Positions 55,542 through 64,000 of a stretch of DNA of 64,000 nt are shown here, piece after piece. Numbering within the stretch: the first letter of the stretch is position 1; each line of letters starts with the position of its first letter. The translations under genes were made by a program, and so were the position numbers. The DNA lies in contig JAHEZD010000031.1 of assembly GCA_023251255.1 (NCBI GenBank), positions 3,385 to 67,384 on the forward strand, written 5' to 3'. Origin of the DNA: Chitinophagaceae bacterium. Its GTDB lineage: Bacteria; Bacteroidota; Bacteroidia; Chitinophagales; Chitinophagaceae. The notes beneath the pieces were generated by a model. The model saw nothing but the letters and a program-made list of their open reading frames with translations. It was not told where the DNA came from and made no database searches.

Positions 55542-57089
55542 CTAAAACTTTATTTCTTCTTCATGTTGGTCAAAGAAATGGAACTCTACTATATGATAGT
55601 TGGTGTTTGGCTGCACCTTTAAGTTGATTTTGTACTTTTTCTTCCATTTTTTGGCAATAGAACCAAAGAATCCCTTTGTCAAGTGGGAATAAACTATAGG
55701 ATTGACACATAAAGTGAGGTTCTTGTGGGAATGTGTTGTTAAATAATGTAACCTCTTCTCGATATCGTCTTCCAAAAGTAGGGTTGAAGTAATTTTTCCG
55801 CTACCATGGCAAACCGGGCAAACTTCGGAGGTATTGATGTTCATTTCTGGCCTCATCCTTTGCCTGGTAATCTGCATCAACCCAAATTTGGAGATAGGAA
55901 GAACAGCATGCTTTGCCCTGTCGCTCTTCATGAACTCATCCATTGCCTCCTGTAACTTCCGCCTGTTATCTGGCAATTTCATATCTATAAAGTCCACCAC
56001 TATAATGCCACCAATATCCCTGAGCCTCAATTGAATGGCAATTTCAGCGGCAGCCTCCAGATTGGTCTGCAGGGCATTTTCTTCCTGGTTGTTGCTTACA
56101 CTTTTATACCCGCTGTTTACATCAATTACATGTAATGCTTCGGTATGTTCAATAATCAAATAGGCGCCACTGGGAAGGTTCACCGTTTTGCCAAAAGAAC
56201 TCTTTACTTGTTTGGTAATACCGTAAGTATCGAATAATGGGGTACCGTTGCCATGAAATGAAACAATTTCTGCTTTATCCGGGGCAATGCGTTGAATGTA
56301 ATTTTTTGTATCGTTATAGATATTCCGGTCATTGATAACAATCTTATTGAAATCCTCATTCAATAAATCACGGAGTATGCTGGTAGTTTTTGTTTGCTCG
56401 CTTAAAATTTTTGCAGGGGCTTCCGCGCCTTTCAGGTTCTGTTGTATAGTTTTCCAGGTATTTACCAGTTCCAGTAGATCCTGATGGAGTTCGGCTGTAC
56501 TTTTTCCTTCGGCAGCGGTTCGTACAATGACACCAAAATTCTTTGGGCGTATAGCTTCCACTATTTTATGAAGGCGTTTCCTTTCCTCACTTGAATGTAT
56601 TTTTTTGGAAACTGCTACTATTTCATTAAAAGGGGTAACTACCACAAACCTTCCCGGTAGGCTTAACTCGCAACTTAACCTTGGCCCTTTGGCAGCAATA
56701 GGTTCCTTCAAGATTTGAACAAGCACATTGGGCTTACCGTTCATTACCTCATTGATTTTGCCCGTCTTTACAATTTCGGGTTCAATCTGGAACTTGGAGA
56801 AATCATAACTGCCATCAGCATCTGCCATGGCAATTTGCGTGAACTTCAAAATGGACTTTGCAAAGGGAGATAAATCTGTATAATGTAAAAAAGCATCCTT
56901 CTCAAAACCAACATCCACAAATGCCGCATTCAAACCAGGAATAAGTTTTTTAACCTTTCCAAGGTATAGGTCACCCACTCCAAAGTTGGCATCGGTCTTA
57001 TCGTTGTGCAGCTCAACCAGTTTTTTATCTTCCAACAAAGCAATTTCTACACCTGTTGGGGCTACGTTAATAATTAATTCTTTGTTCAC
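55542..57089 (-). CDS. rng: ribonuclease E/G family protein
   Basis: S1 domain (..GDLYLGKVKK..PGLNAAFVDVG), ..VIDVNSG and ..GGIIVVDFIDM. I prefer the GTG at 57089 (VNKELIINV..) over the upstream GTG at 57122. Confidence 0.85.
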   Translation of the reverse strand: MNKELIINVAPTGVEIALLEDKKLVELHNDKTDANFGVGDLYLGKVKKLIPGLNAAFVDVGFEKDAFLHYTDLSPFAKSILKFTQIAMADADGSYDFSKFQIEPEIVKTGKINEVMNGKPNVLVQILKEPIAAKGPRLSCELSLPGRFVVVTPFNEIVAVSKKIHSSEERKRLHKIVEAIRPKNFGVIVRTAAEGKSTAELHQDLLELVNTWKTIQQNLKGAEAPAKILSEQTKTTSILRDLLNEDFNKIVINDRNIYNDTKNYIQRIAPDKAEIVSFHGNGTPLFDTYGITKQVKSSFGKTVNLPSGAYLIIEHTEALHVIDVNSGYKSVSNNQEENALQTNLEAAAEIAIQLRLRDIGGIIVVDFIDMKLPDNRRKLQEAMDEFMKSDRAKHAVLPISKFGLMQITRQRMRPEMNINTSEVCPVCHGSGKITSTLLLEDDIEKRLHYLTTHSHKNLTLCVNPIVYSHLTKGFFGSIAKKWKKKYKINLKVQPNTNYHIVEFHFFDQHEEEIKF

Positions 57090-57232
57090 AAAATTTGCAA
57101 CTTTTAAAATACACGAAGACACACCCCAAGTGCGGGGTAATCTAAAATCACCTCAAAGTAACTGCCACGGAAAGGATAGGAAGGAAAGGTAAAGTTGCAG
57201 CGATGGAGAAATGGCAAATACTGTTTAGTGTA

Positions 57233-57261
57233 TAATCCCGACAGTTAAGCTGTCGGGATTA
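57233..57261 (-). terminator. 12-bp perfect hairpin between bS22 gene and rng
   Basis: TAATCCCGACAG (57233-57244), loop TTAAG, CTGTCGGGATTA (57250-57261). There is no U-tract, so it could be a terminator, attenuator or processing site. Confidence 0.45.
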
Positions 57262-57284
57262 TCATCAAAGTCATTTATAAGAAA

Positions 57285-57374
57285 CTATTTTTTCTTATGA
57301 CGGTTCTTTCTTAAACGTTTTTTACGTTTGTGCGTAGCGATTTTATGACGCTTTCTCTTTTTACCACAAGGCAT
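57285..57374 (-). CDS. 29-aa Arg/Lys-rich protein resembling ribosomal protein bS22
   Basis: Hand translation gives MPCGKKRKRHKIATHKRKKRLRKNRHKKK with a TAG stop. It matches the MPSGKKRKRHK.ATHKRKKR.R.NRHKKK pattern I recall for Bacteroidota bS22. It is not in the ORF track because it is under 60 aa. Confidence 0.6.
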   Translation of the reverse strand: MPCGKKRKRHKIATHKRKKRLRKNRHKKK

Positions 57375-57416
57375 CTGTCAAGTTTTAATGCTGTTAAAAA
57401 ATACGGTTTATGTTCA

Positions 57417-58268
57417 TCAACCTTTCAGTTGATTGATTCTGTTGTCAAGTTCTTTCTTTGCTTCCGTATTAGGAATGATTTTCTTCACCACTTCATACCA
57501 TTTAATGGCATTTACCTTATCGCCTTTCAAATCATAACATTCGGCCAAATGCAGCATTGCTTCCAGATTAGTTGGTTGCTTCTTTACAATAATGCCAAAT
57601 CTTTCAATGGCCTTATCATATTGCCCACTTTTTTTACCACCTAGGCCCAATACCAATTGGGCGTACATGTTATCGGGATTTCTTTCAGCTACTTGTCTAA
57701 CAGGTAAAATGCCTTCCATCGGATTATCGGAAATACTGCCTAAAATGTAGCAGGCTCCCAGGCTAATTTTACTGCTGTCATTTGATGGATTTATTTCCAA
57801 TGCCTTTTCTAAAAGAACTTTTGCGTTTTCCGCCAACCAGTGTTGCATGGAAGGTTCGCTCTCTGCCAATAGGTTATCTACGAACAGTTGGGCGGCAAAT
57901 GTGAGGCTTTTTTCCGAATTATCCAACTTTGCGGCTTCCGCAGTATAATATGCATAAGGCTCAAATGCTTTTACCGAGTCTTTCCAAAATCTGGCAAGCT
58001 GATGGTAAAGGTGCAATTGCTGCTCTTTTACGTCCCCGCGCACAACACTGTTTTCCAAGGCATTGATGCGCTCCACTTGTTCTGCGGTAAGGCGTTGCTT
58101 GGCTTGTACCAATATTTCTTTTATATCGACATGGGCACCGGATGTAGGCTCTGCACTAGTAGTTGGCTTCGTTTCTTTTTTATTGGGATTGATTGTCTTG
58201 CCAAAAAAGAATAGCCCAGCAAATAGCACCAACCCTCCAATTACAAGAAATAGTTGTTGACGTTTCAC
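57417..58268 (-). CDS. tetratricopeptide-repeat protein with N-terminal anchor
   Basis: N-terminal TM LFLVIGGLVLFAGLFFF followed by TPR-like A..Y...G....A helix pairs. Confidence 0.7.
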   Translation of the reverse strand: MKRQQLFLVIGGLVLFAGLFFFGKTINPNKKETKPTTSAEPTSGAHVDIKEILVQAKQRLTAEQVERINALENSVVRGDVKEQQLHLYHQLARFWKDSVKAFEPYAYYTAEAAKLDNSEKSLTFAAQLFVDNLLAESEPSMQHWLAENAKVLLEKALEINPSNDSSKISLGACYILGSISDNPMEGILPVRQVAERNPDNMYAQLVLGLGGKKSGQYDKAIERFGIIVKKQPTNLEAMLHLAECYDLKGDKVNAIKWYEVVKKIIPNTEAKKELDNRINQLKG

Positions 58269-58288
58269 TCAGAAAATTTGTTGCGAAG

Positions 58289-58579
58289 TTACTCTGGCTT
58301 GTGCTTGCTTTTTACTTCGGCCACAAATTCTTTTGCTGGTTTAAAGGCTGGAATGAAATGTTCAGGGATGTGGACGGCCGTATTCTTCTTGATATTGCGG
58401 CCAATTTTAGCTGCACGTTTTTTTGTAATGAAGCTACCGAATCCGCGGATATAAATGTTCTGTCCTGCAGAAAGGCTTTCTTTTACTTCCTTGATCATTG
58501 TTTCGATGGTAACCAAAACATCTACTTTAGGAATACCAGTCTTGTCTGAGATGTTGTTGATGAGGTCTGACTTTCTCAT
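58289..58579 (-). CDS. HU/IHF family DNA-binding protein
   Basis: MRKSDLINNISDKTGIPKVDV.....IYIRGFGSF..KKRA.K.GRNI..N....IP....P.FKP.K. I prefer the ATG at 58579. Confidence 0.85.
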   Translation of the reverse strand: MRKSDLINNISDKTGIPKVDVLVTIETMIKEVKESLSAGQNIYIRGFGSFITKKRAAKIGRNIKKNTAVHIPEHFIPAFKPAKEFVAEVKSKHKPE

Positions 58580-58782
58580 GAAGGGTTTATTTTGTTTCAG
58601 CAAATCGTTAAGCGACTTTAAAATAAAACAAACTAATTGGGATATGCAAGAAAAATATTTACAAATTTACACCCGTTGTCCACTGATAATGAATCTATAG
58701 GATTAATATGCCCGGCACACGGCCATATATTCCAGGGTTTATAAAACAATTGACAGGCAGCAACTTATTGATATTTGCGCAC

Positions 58783-59856
58783 ATGAAAAAAGAATTCACA
58801 TCCCTATTAATGAAGTGGCACCAGCAGGTGAACAAAAGGGAAATGCCATGGAAAGGGGAAAAAGACCCCTATAAGATTTGGTTGAGCGAGGTTATTCTGC
58901 AACAAACAAGGGTCGAGCAGGGATGGGCCTACTACGAAAAATTCATATCGGCCTTTCCAACCATCAAGCAATTGGCAGCAGCAAAGGATGAAAAAGTGCT
59001 TAAATTATGGGAAGGCCTAGGTTATTACAACCGGTGCAGGAACCTATTGTTTACTGCCAGAAAAATTGCAAAGGAAAACAATGGGCATTTTCCAGATAGC
59101 TACGATTCCATCATTGAACTGAAAGGTGTTGGACCTTATACGGCGGCGGCCATTGCTTCATTTGCCTTCAATCTGCCCCATGCAGTTGTTGATGGAAACG
59201 TTTTTCGTGTACTATCAAGAATATTTGGCATTGATACGGCTATTGACAGCACAGCAGGAAAGAATGAATTTTCCATTTTGGCCGAAGCGGTACTGTACAA
59301 AAAAGAACCGGGCCCGTACAATCAGGCCATTATGGATTTTGGGGCCACTGTTTGCAAGCCAGCATTGCCATTGTGCAACCATTGTCCGATGAAAATAATT
59401 TGTGCGGCCTACAGGGAAGGCAAGGTGAACCAGCTTCCTATAAAAGAAAAATTGCTGAAGAAAAAGCACCGGTGGTTTTATTATTTCTTGATGGAACACG
59501 AAGGGAAATTATTGGTGCACAAAAGGGAAGGCAAGGACATATGGCAGGGCCTTCACGAATTTTATTTGCTGGAAACCGATGAACAGATAAAATGGGACAA
59601 TCAATTGGTGAAAGAATGGCTCCATGAACAATTTAATATAACGAAAGCCGATATCCAGCATGTATCCCCTTTGCAAAAGCAGCAATTGACACATCAGGAA
59701 ATAAAAGGACAGTTCATAAAAGTGAAATTAAGCGGCATTCCGGACGGCCTAGGTCATTACCAATGGTTGTCTGCCAATAAAATAAGCAAACTTGCCTTCC
59801 CTAAATTCATTAATCAATACCTCGAAATGGAAAGCTTACAAATTGATTTATTCTGA
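58783..59856 (+). CDS. mutY: A/G-specific adenine DNA glycosylase
   Basis: PW....DPYKIWLSE.ILQQTRV, GLGYY.R.RNL, the HhH GVGPYTAAAI.SFAF, the C.......C..CP....C 4Fe-4S loop, and a C-terminal NUDIX-like domain. I prefer the ATG at 58783. Confidence 0.9.
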   Translation: MKKEFTSLLMKWHQQVNKREMPWKGEKDPYKIWLSEVILQQTRVEQGWAYYEKFISAFPTIKQLAAAKDEKVLKLWEGLGYYNRCRNLLFTARKIAKENNGHFPDSYDSIIELKGVGPYTAAAIASFAFNLPHAVVDGNVFRVLSRIFGIDTAIDSTAGKNEFSILAEAVLYKKEPGPYNQAIMDFGATVCKPALPLCNHCPMKIICAAYREGKVNQLPIKEKLLKKKHRWFYYFLMEHEGKLLVHKREGKDIWQGLHEFYLLETDEQIKWDNQLVKEWLHEQFNITKADIQHVSPLQKQQLTHQEIKGQFIKVKLSGIPDGLGHYQWLSANKISKLAFPKFINQYLEMESLQIDLF

Positions 59857-59987
59857 TGCGGACAATTTTAACGCACAAACAGCTTCTTAAGAGTATTGTT
59901 GCAGGATGAATTTGCAAATGCTAGCCAGATTCTTATCCTTAACTGGTAACCAAACAAAAATTAACTTAGCCACCAGAAAATTTTGCC

Positions 59988-62018
59988 ATGTTGTTCGACA
60001 GAAAAAATTTATCCAACCAGGATTTGCGTTCCTTGTACAAAGCCTTGTTGGTACCCAGAATGATTGAGGAGAAAATGCTGGTGCTGCTGCGCCAAGGCAA
60101 AATCAGCAAATGGTTCAGTGGTATCGGCCAGGAAGCCATTGCAGTTGGTGCCACATTGGCCCTTGAGAAAGATGAATGGATCATGCCCTTGCATAGGAAC
60201 CTTGGTGTATTTACTTCAAGGCAAATGCCTTTGAGCAAATTGTTCATGCAATGGCAGGGGAATAAGGAGGGATACAGCAAGGGGCGGGAAAGAAGTTTCC
60301 ATTTCGGAAGCAAGGAGCACCATATCTGTGGCATGATTTCCCATTTGGGACCGCAACTGGCCATAGCGGATGGAGTGGCATTGGCCTATAAACTACGCAA
60401 GGAGAATAAAATATCATTGGCGTTTACAGGCGATGGGGGTACAAGTGAGGGTGATTTTCACGAGGCCCTGAACGTGGCCGCTGTCTGGGACCTGCCGGTA
60501 ATTTTTATTATTGAGAACAATGGTTATGGACTGAGTACGCCTACGAATGAGCAGTACCGCTGCAAAAACTTGATTGATAAGGCCAAAGGTTATGGAATGG
60601 GCGGTGTGCAAATTGATGGCAACAATATTTTGACCGTTTATGACACTATCAAAGGTGTCCGTGATTACTGTATCCGAGAGCAGAAGCCGTATATAATTGA
60701 ATGCATGACCTTCAGGATGCGTGGCCACGAAGAAGCGAGCGGAGTAAAATATGTACCACCTGCATTGTTTGAAGAATGGGCCCAAAAAGATCCACTGACC
60801 AATTATGAAACTTACCTCCTGCAACAAAATGTGCTGACAACAGATTCGATTGAAGCTATCAAAAAAGAAATCAGGGATTATATCGAATCCGATTTGGCAG
60901 AAGCATATAAGGCAGAAGCACTGGTCCCCGATAGCGAAGAAGAATTGAATGATGTATATGCGGAATTGTCTACCGTCCACCATCAACCACCGTTCATGGC
61001 CGAGAACAAGATTTTAGGAAAGGATGGATTATGGACCATTGACCACGGTCCATCAACAGAACTTCGTTTTGTAGATGCACTGAAACAAGGATTGCATCAA
61101 TCCATGAAAACTCATTCCAACCTCGTCTTAATGGGGCAGGACATTGCTGAATATGGGGGTGCATTTAAAATAACAGAAGGTTTTGTGCAGGAATTCGGAA
61201 AACAAAGGGTCCGTAATACGCCTTTGTGTGAAAGTGCCATAGTAGGCACTGCATTGGGTTTGAGTTTGGAGGGGTACAAAAGCATGATGGAAATGCAGTT
61301 TGGCGATTTTGCCACTGTTGGCTTCAACCAGATAGTGAACAACCTTGCAAAAATCCATTACCGGTGGGGGCAAAATGCAGATGTTGTCATCCGCATGCCC
61401 TGTGGTGGTGGCGTTGGTGCAGGACCGTTCCATAGCCAGACCAACGAAGCCTGGTTTACCAAAGTGCCCGGATTGAAAGTAGTATACCCCTCTACTCCAC
61501 ATGATGCAAAAGGTTTGTTGATTGCAGCTATCAATGACCCCAATCCAGTTATCTATTTTGAGCACAAGGCACTGTACAGAAGTGTGAACGGGCAAGTGCC
61601 AGAGGCCCCGTACGAAGTGGAAATTGGCAAGGCCAAACTGGTACATGAAGGAACAGGTATCAGCATCATTACCTATGGTATGGGTGTGCATTGGGCATTG
61701 GAATACCAGGAACAGCATAAAGAAGTTTCTTTGAACATTCTCGACCTGAGAACATTGTTGCCCTTGGATTATGAAGCTATCGAAACAGCAGTAGCATTAA
61801 CAGGAAAGGTTTTGCTGCTGCATGAAGACAGTTTAATTGGCGGACTGGGTGGCGAAATAAGTGCATGGATCAGTGAGCATTGTTTTGAACTATTGGATGC
61901 GCCAGTTATGCGTTGTGCAGGCATGGAAACGCCCATTCCTTTTAATCCGGATTTGGAGAAGAACTATATGGCAAAAGCAAGGCTGGGTGGGTACATCAAC
62001 AAACTGTTGAAGTATTAA
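59988..62018 (+). CDS. fused alpha/beta E1 component of a 2-oxoacid (branched-chain/pyruvate-type) dehydrogenase, TPP-dependent
   Basis: N-terminal half: GDGGTSEGDFHEALN.A.VW.LPVIF..ENNGY (TPP-binding). C-terminal half: ..R..NTPL.E..IVG.A.G....G......QF.DF is the transketolase-like pyrimidine-binding and C-terminal domain. Confidence 0.85.
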   Translation: MLFDRKNLSNQDLRSLYKALLVPRMIEEKMLVLLRQGKISKWFSGIGQEAIAVGATLALEKDEWIMPLHRNLGVFTSRQMPLSKLFMQWQGNKEGYSKGRERSFHFGSKEHHICGMISHLGPQLAIADGVALAYKLRKENKISLAFTGDGGTSEGDFHEALNVAAVWDLPVIFIIENNGYGLSTPTNEQYRCKNLIDKAKGYGMGGVQIDGNNILTVYDTIKGVRDYCIREQKPYIIECMTFRMRGHEEASGVKYVPPALFEEWAQKDPLTNYETYLLQQNVLTTDSIEAIKKEIRDYIESDLAEAYKAEALVPDSEEELNDVYAELSTVHHQPPFMAENKILGKDGLWTIDHGPSTELRFVDALKQGLHQSMKTHSNLVLMGQDIAEYGGAFKITEGFVQEFGKQRVRNTPLCESAIVGTALGLSLEGYKSMMEMQFGDFATVGFNQIVNNLAKIHYRWGQNADVVIRMPCGGGVGAGPFHSQTNEAWFTKVPGLKVVYPSTPHDAKGLLIAAINDPNPVIYFEHKALYRSVNGQVPEAPYEVEIGKAKLVHEGTGISIITYGMGVHWALEYQEQHKEVSLNILDLRTLLPLDYEAIETAVALTGKVLLLHEDSLIGGLGGEISAWISEHCFELLDAPVMRCAGMETPIPFNPDLEKNYMAKARLGGYINKLLKY

Positions 62019-62030
62019 ACGCAATAATTT

Positions 62031-62170
62031 ATGCCGGATTTACTCATTGTTGCAGGATGGAATGGTGCAGGTAAAAGGACTGCAGCAATAATTTTAACCA
62101 GAAGTTTTTCAAAACTATCGAGTTTGTAAATGCAGATAAAATGGCCCCTGGCAGACAGGGATGGCAACAT
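62031..62170 (+). pseudogene. remnant of a zeta-toxin/AAA-type P-loop ATPase gene
   Basis: The ATG at 62031 gives MPDLLIVAGWNGAGKRTAAIILTRSFSKLSSL*, a degenerate Walker A compared with the family pattern GxNGAGKTT. The expected next motif, EFVNADKMAPG, continues in a different frame from about 62119. The extent is approximate. Confidence 0.5.
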
Positions 62171-62241
62171 CAAGAAAATTCCTACCAAGGATTTATAGCA
62201 ACTTATTTCTTCAATAACAGATTACTCTTTATTTTTATGCC

Positions 62242-64000
62242 ATGAAAAAAGTTTTCTTGGCATTTTTTATTGTTCTTTCTCTTTCTTCAAAGGCACAGCC
62301 CGTTCAAAAAGCAACCATCGATGCTTTTGTAATAACAAGAATGGCTGCCAAGTACCATATCAAACCAAGGACCCTGGATGAGTCCTTGTCTGCCGATATG
62401 TACAGAACCCTGCTCCATAAAATTGACAACGAACAACTGTTCCTGACACAGGAAGATATCAAGCAACTGCAGCCCTACCAATTCAAGCTGCACCAAGAAA
62501 TTATGGGCAAACGTTCCACTTTCTTGCAATTGCTCGTGAACCTGTACCAGCAGAGGCTGCAGCAGGCAGATACCATGATTGATAATATCTGCAAAATACC
62601 GTTCAACTTTACCCTCAATGAAAAATATACTGTAGCGGAAGACTCCTCCAATCCAACCAATATGGCTGCCATGCGTACAAAACTGTACAAGAACATGAAG
62701 CTGGCTGCATTGTATGCCATCAATTATGTACAGAAGGACATTAACGCTTTGCCTATAGGCAAGCAAAAGAAGTTCAGTGACAGCATGGAACTTGTAATCC
62801 GTAAGAAAATAAACACCAGCTATAAACGGATGGTGCAGCGTGAACTGAACGCACCTGGCGGCATACCGCAATTGGTGAGCAATGAATATTGCAAGGCCTT
62901 GGCGGTTTGCTACGACCCACATACTGCCTATATGTCCACGACCGATAGGGAAAATTTTGAGGGCCATCTCGGCAAGAAGAATTTGGCTTTTGGTTTTGGG
63001 CTTAACGAAGATGAAGATGGCAACCCTGTGGTGGATGAACTGAAACCCGGTAGCCCGGCTTTCAAAAGCGGTATGATGAACAAGGGCGACAAGATTATTT
63101 CCATACAATGGGACGATGCAAAACCCATTGACGTAAGCGATGCCTCGGCAGAAGAGGTGGGGGAGATTCTCAGCACAAGCAACCATGCAAAGGCCACCAT
63201 CACCATCAAAAAAGCAGATGGCACCAAACGTGAAGTGGTCATGTACAAGGAGCAACAGGAAGATGAGGATGATGACAATAAAGTAAAAAGCTTTTTGTTA
63301 AAGGGGGAGAAAACCATTGGCTATATAGCCCTGCCATCTTTTTATGAGGACTGGGAAAACAAGAACAGTGTAAATGGCTGTGCCAATGACATGGCCAAGG
63401 AAATACTGAAACTGAAGAAGGACAAGATTGATGCACTGATCCTGGACCTTCGTTACAATGGTGGAGGCTCCGTAGGGGAAGCAGTAGACCTTGCTGGTAT
63501 ATTTATAGATGCTGGCCCTATTACACAGATAAAAACAAAGGAGGCCAAGGCTTTTACCTTAAAAGATGGCAATAGGGGCACCATCTATGATGGCCCGTTG
63601 ATGCTGATGGTAAACGGCTACAGCGCATCTGCTTCCGAGCTTCTTGCTGGTACTTTGCAGGATTATAACAGGGCACTGATTGTGGGCAGCAACACTTATG
63701 GAAAAGCAACAGGTCAAAGAGTGCTGCCCTTGGATACTACCATCAACTTGGAGAATGATTTAAGCAAAGTGGAAGTGCCCAGTTATTTAAAGCTGACGAT
63801 GTCGCAAGTGTACAGGGTCAATGGAAGCACTGCACAGTTTACAGGTGTGGTGCCAGACATTAGCTTACCTGACCCAACTGAAGCCAAGAAAGACAAGGAG
63901 CGGGATGAGCCGTTTGCTATCCCTGCGGTAAATATCGATGCCAATAAATACTACCTGCCATTGAAGCCATTGGGGGTGGCATCCTTAAAAACAAAGGCCG
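62242..64000 (+). CDS. S41 family carboxy-terminal processing (tail-specific) protease; 3' end outside window
   Basis: I hand-translated it without a stop from the ATG at 62242 to the window end. Signal peptide MKKVFLAFFIVLSLSSKAQ, PDZ (..LKPGSPAFKSGMMNKGDKIISI), LDLRYNGGGS, the catalytic-Ser region VNGYSASASELLAG, and TYGKATGQ. It is absent from the ORF track because it has no stop in the window. Confidence 0.85.
   Translation, partial: MKKVFLAFFIVLSLSSKAQPVQKATIDAFVITRMAAKYHIKPRTLDESLSADMYRTLLHKIDNEQLFLTQEDIKQLQPYQFKLHQEIMGKRSTFLQLLVNLYQQRLQQADTMIDNICKIPFNFTLNEKYTVAEDSSNPTNMAAMRTKLYKNMKLAALYAINYVQKDINALPIGKQKKFSDSMELVIRKKINTSYKRMVQRELNAPGGIPQLVSNEYCKALAVCYDPHTAYMSTTDRENFEGHLGKKNLAFGFGLNEDEDGNPVVDELKPGSPAFKSGMMNKGDKIISIQWDDAKPIDVSDASAEEVGEILSTSNHAKATITIKKADGTKREVVMYKEQQEDEDDDNKVKSFLLKGEKTIGYIALPSFYEDWENKNSVNGCANDMAKEILKLKKDKIDALILDLRYNGGGSVGEAVDLAGIFIDAGPITQIKTKEAKAFTLKDGNRGTIYDGPLMLMVNGYSASASELLAGTLQDYNRALIVGSNTYGKATGQRVLPLDTTINLENDLSKVEVPSYLKLTMSQVYRVNGSTAQFTGVVPDISLPDPTEAKKDKERDEPFAIPAVNIDANKYYLPLKPLGVASLKTKA

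Noticed and set aside
60414-61718. 190-aa and 196-aa minus-strand ORFs inside the E1 dehydrogenase gene.
   Set aside because: They are antisense shadow ORFs of a gene with clear TPP and transketolase motifs, and they have no recognisable features of their own.
59893-62060. The 14-mer ATTGTTGCAGGATG occurs just upstream of the E1 gene (59893-59906) and just downstream of it (62047-62060), which could suggest target-site-like direct repeats around an inserted gene.
   Set aside because: A few exact 14-mer repeats are expected by chance in 64 kb. The flanks agree only patchily (about 21/24 with a gap), and there are no other insertion hallmarks. I treat it as a coincidence unless a genome-wide comparison shows otherwise.
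62287-63255. A 322-aa minus-strand ORF, together with 62475-62723, 62928-63317 and 63239-63436.
   Set aside because: It is antisense to the well-supported S41 protease frame. Its composition (rich in Leu, Phe, His, Cys and Ile, with no motifs) is typical of a shadow ORF, which arises because the sense strand avoids TTA/CTA/TCA codons.
1-64000. I looked for CRISPR arrays, tRNA or rRNA genes, transposases, integrases, phage genes and classical defence systems.
   Set aside because: I saw no regularly spaced direct repeats, no tRNA T-arm/acceptor signatures (GGTTCGAATCC-type) in intergenic DNA, no rRNA-like segments, and no ORFs with DDE, tyrosine- or serine-recombinase or restriction-modification motifs. 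This was by eye only; tRNAscan-SE, Infernal and a defence-system finder would settle it.

Overview
This is a densely coding, AT-rich chromosomal segment (by eye about 40% GC, not computed). Its gene content and signal-peptide style point to Bacteroidota, probably Chitinophagia/Sphingobacteriia-like. Supporting examples are secreted proteins ending in ..AQ/SAQ leaders, the small ribosomal proteins THX and bS22, the psd-cdsA pair, the coaX/OM protein/lptC/gldE-like block, and the mutY/HU/TPR/rng block. I support about 65 protein-coding genes. I found no rRNA, tRNA, CRISPR array, transposase or integrase. Most of the window is housekeeping: envelope and lipid synthesis, tatC, rpiB, dusB, xth, mutY, rng, and a GAF/PAS sensor kinase next to a REC-kinase hybrid.

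The most unusual region is a phenylacetyl-CoA epoxidase (paa) cluster at 27.7-36.1 kb, which shows several oddities:
- The cluster is headed by a TetR regulator. A CTAACG-N2-CGTTAG dyad precedes that regulator and recurs upstream of paaA.
- paaE is detached from paaA by a 419-bp gap.
- A class-I glutamine-amidotransferase-like gene is translationally coupled between paaA and paaB.
- A 455-bp cassette carrying an Avd-like four-helix-bundle gene sits between paaB and paaC, bounded by 20/22-identical inverted repeats. A related repeat plus a 22-bp perfect hairpin sits in the M28-psd intergenic region.

Other points:
- Three genes are missing from or mis-shaped in the ORF track: THX (1685-1810), bS22 (57285-57374) and a 3'-open S41 protease (62242 to window end).
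- There are three likely decayed or split genes: a DUF2339 gene in two frames, a Uma2 nuclease gene with an in-frame TGA, and a zeta-toxin-like P-loop remnant.
- A 58-nt perfect palindrome lies next to a GC-rich hairpin cluster upstream of a GreA-like gene.
- An ArsR/SdpI/hydrolase operon has a start-overlapping operator dyad.
- An arnT/arnC/arnD-like three-gene glycan-modification operon is present.

I did not recognise a clear-cut novel multi-gene defence or secretion system. The cassette and repeat family is my best candidate for something undescribed.
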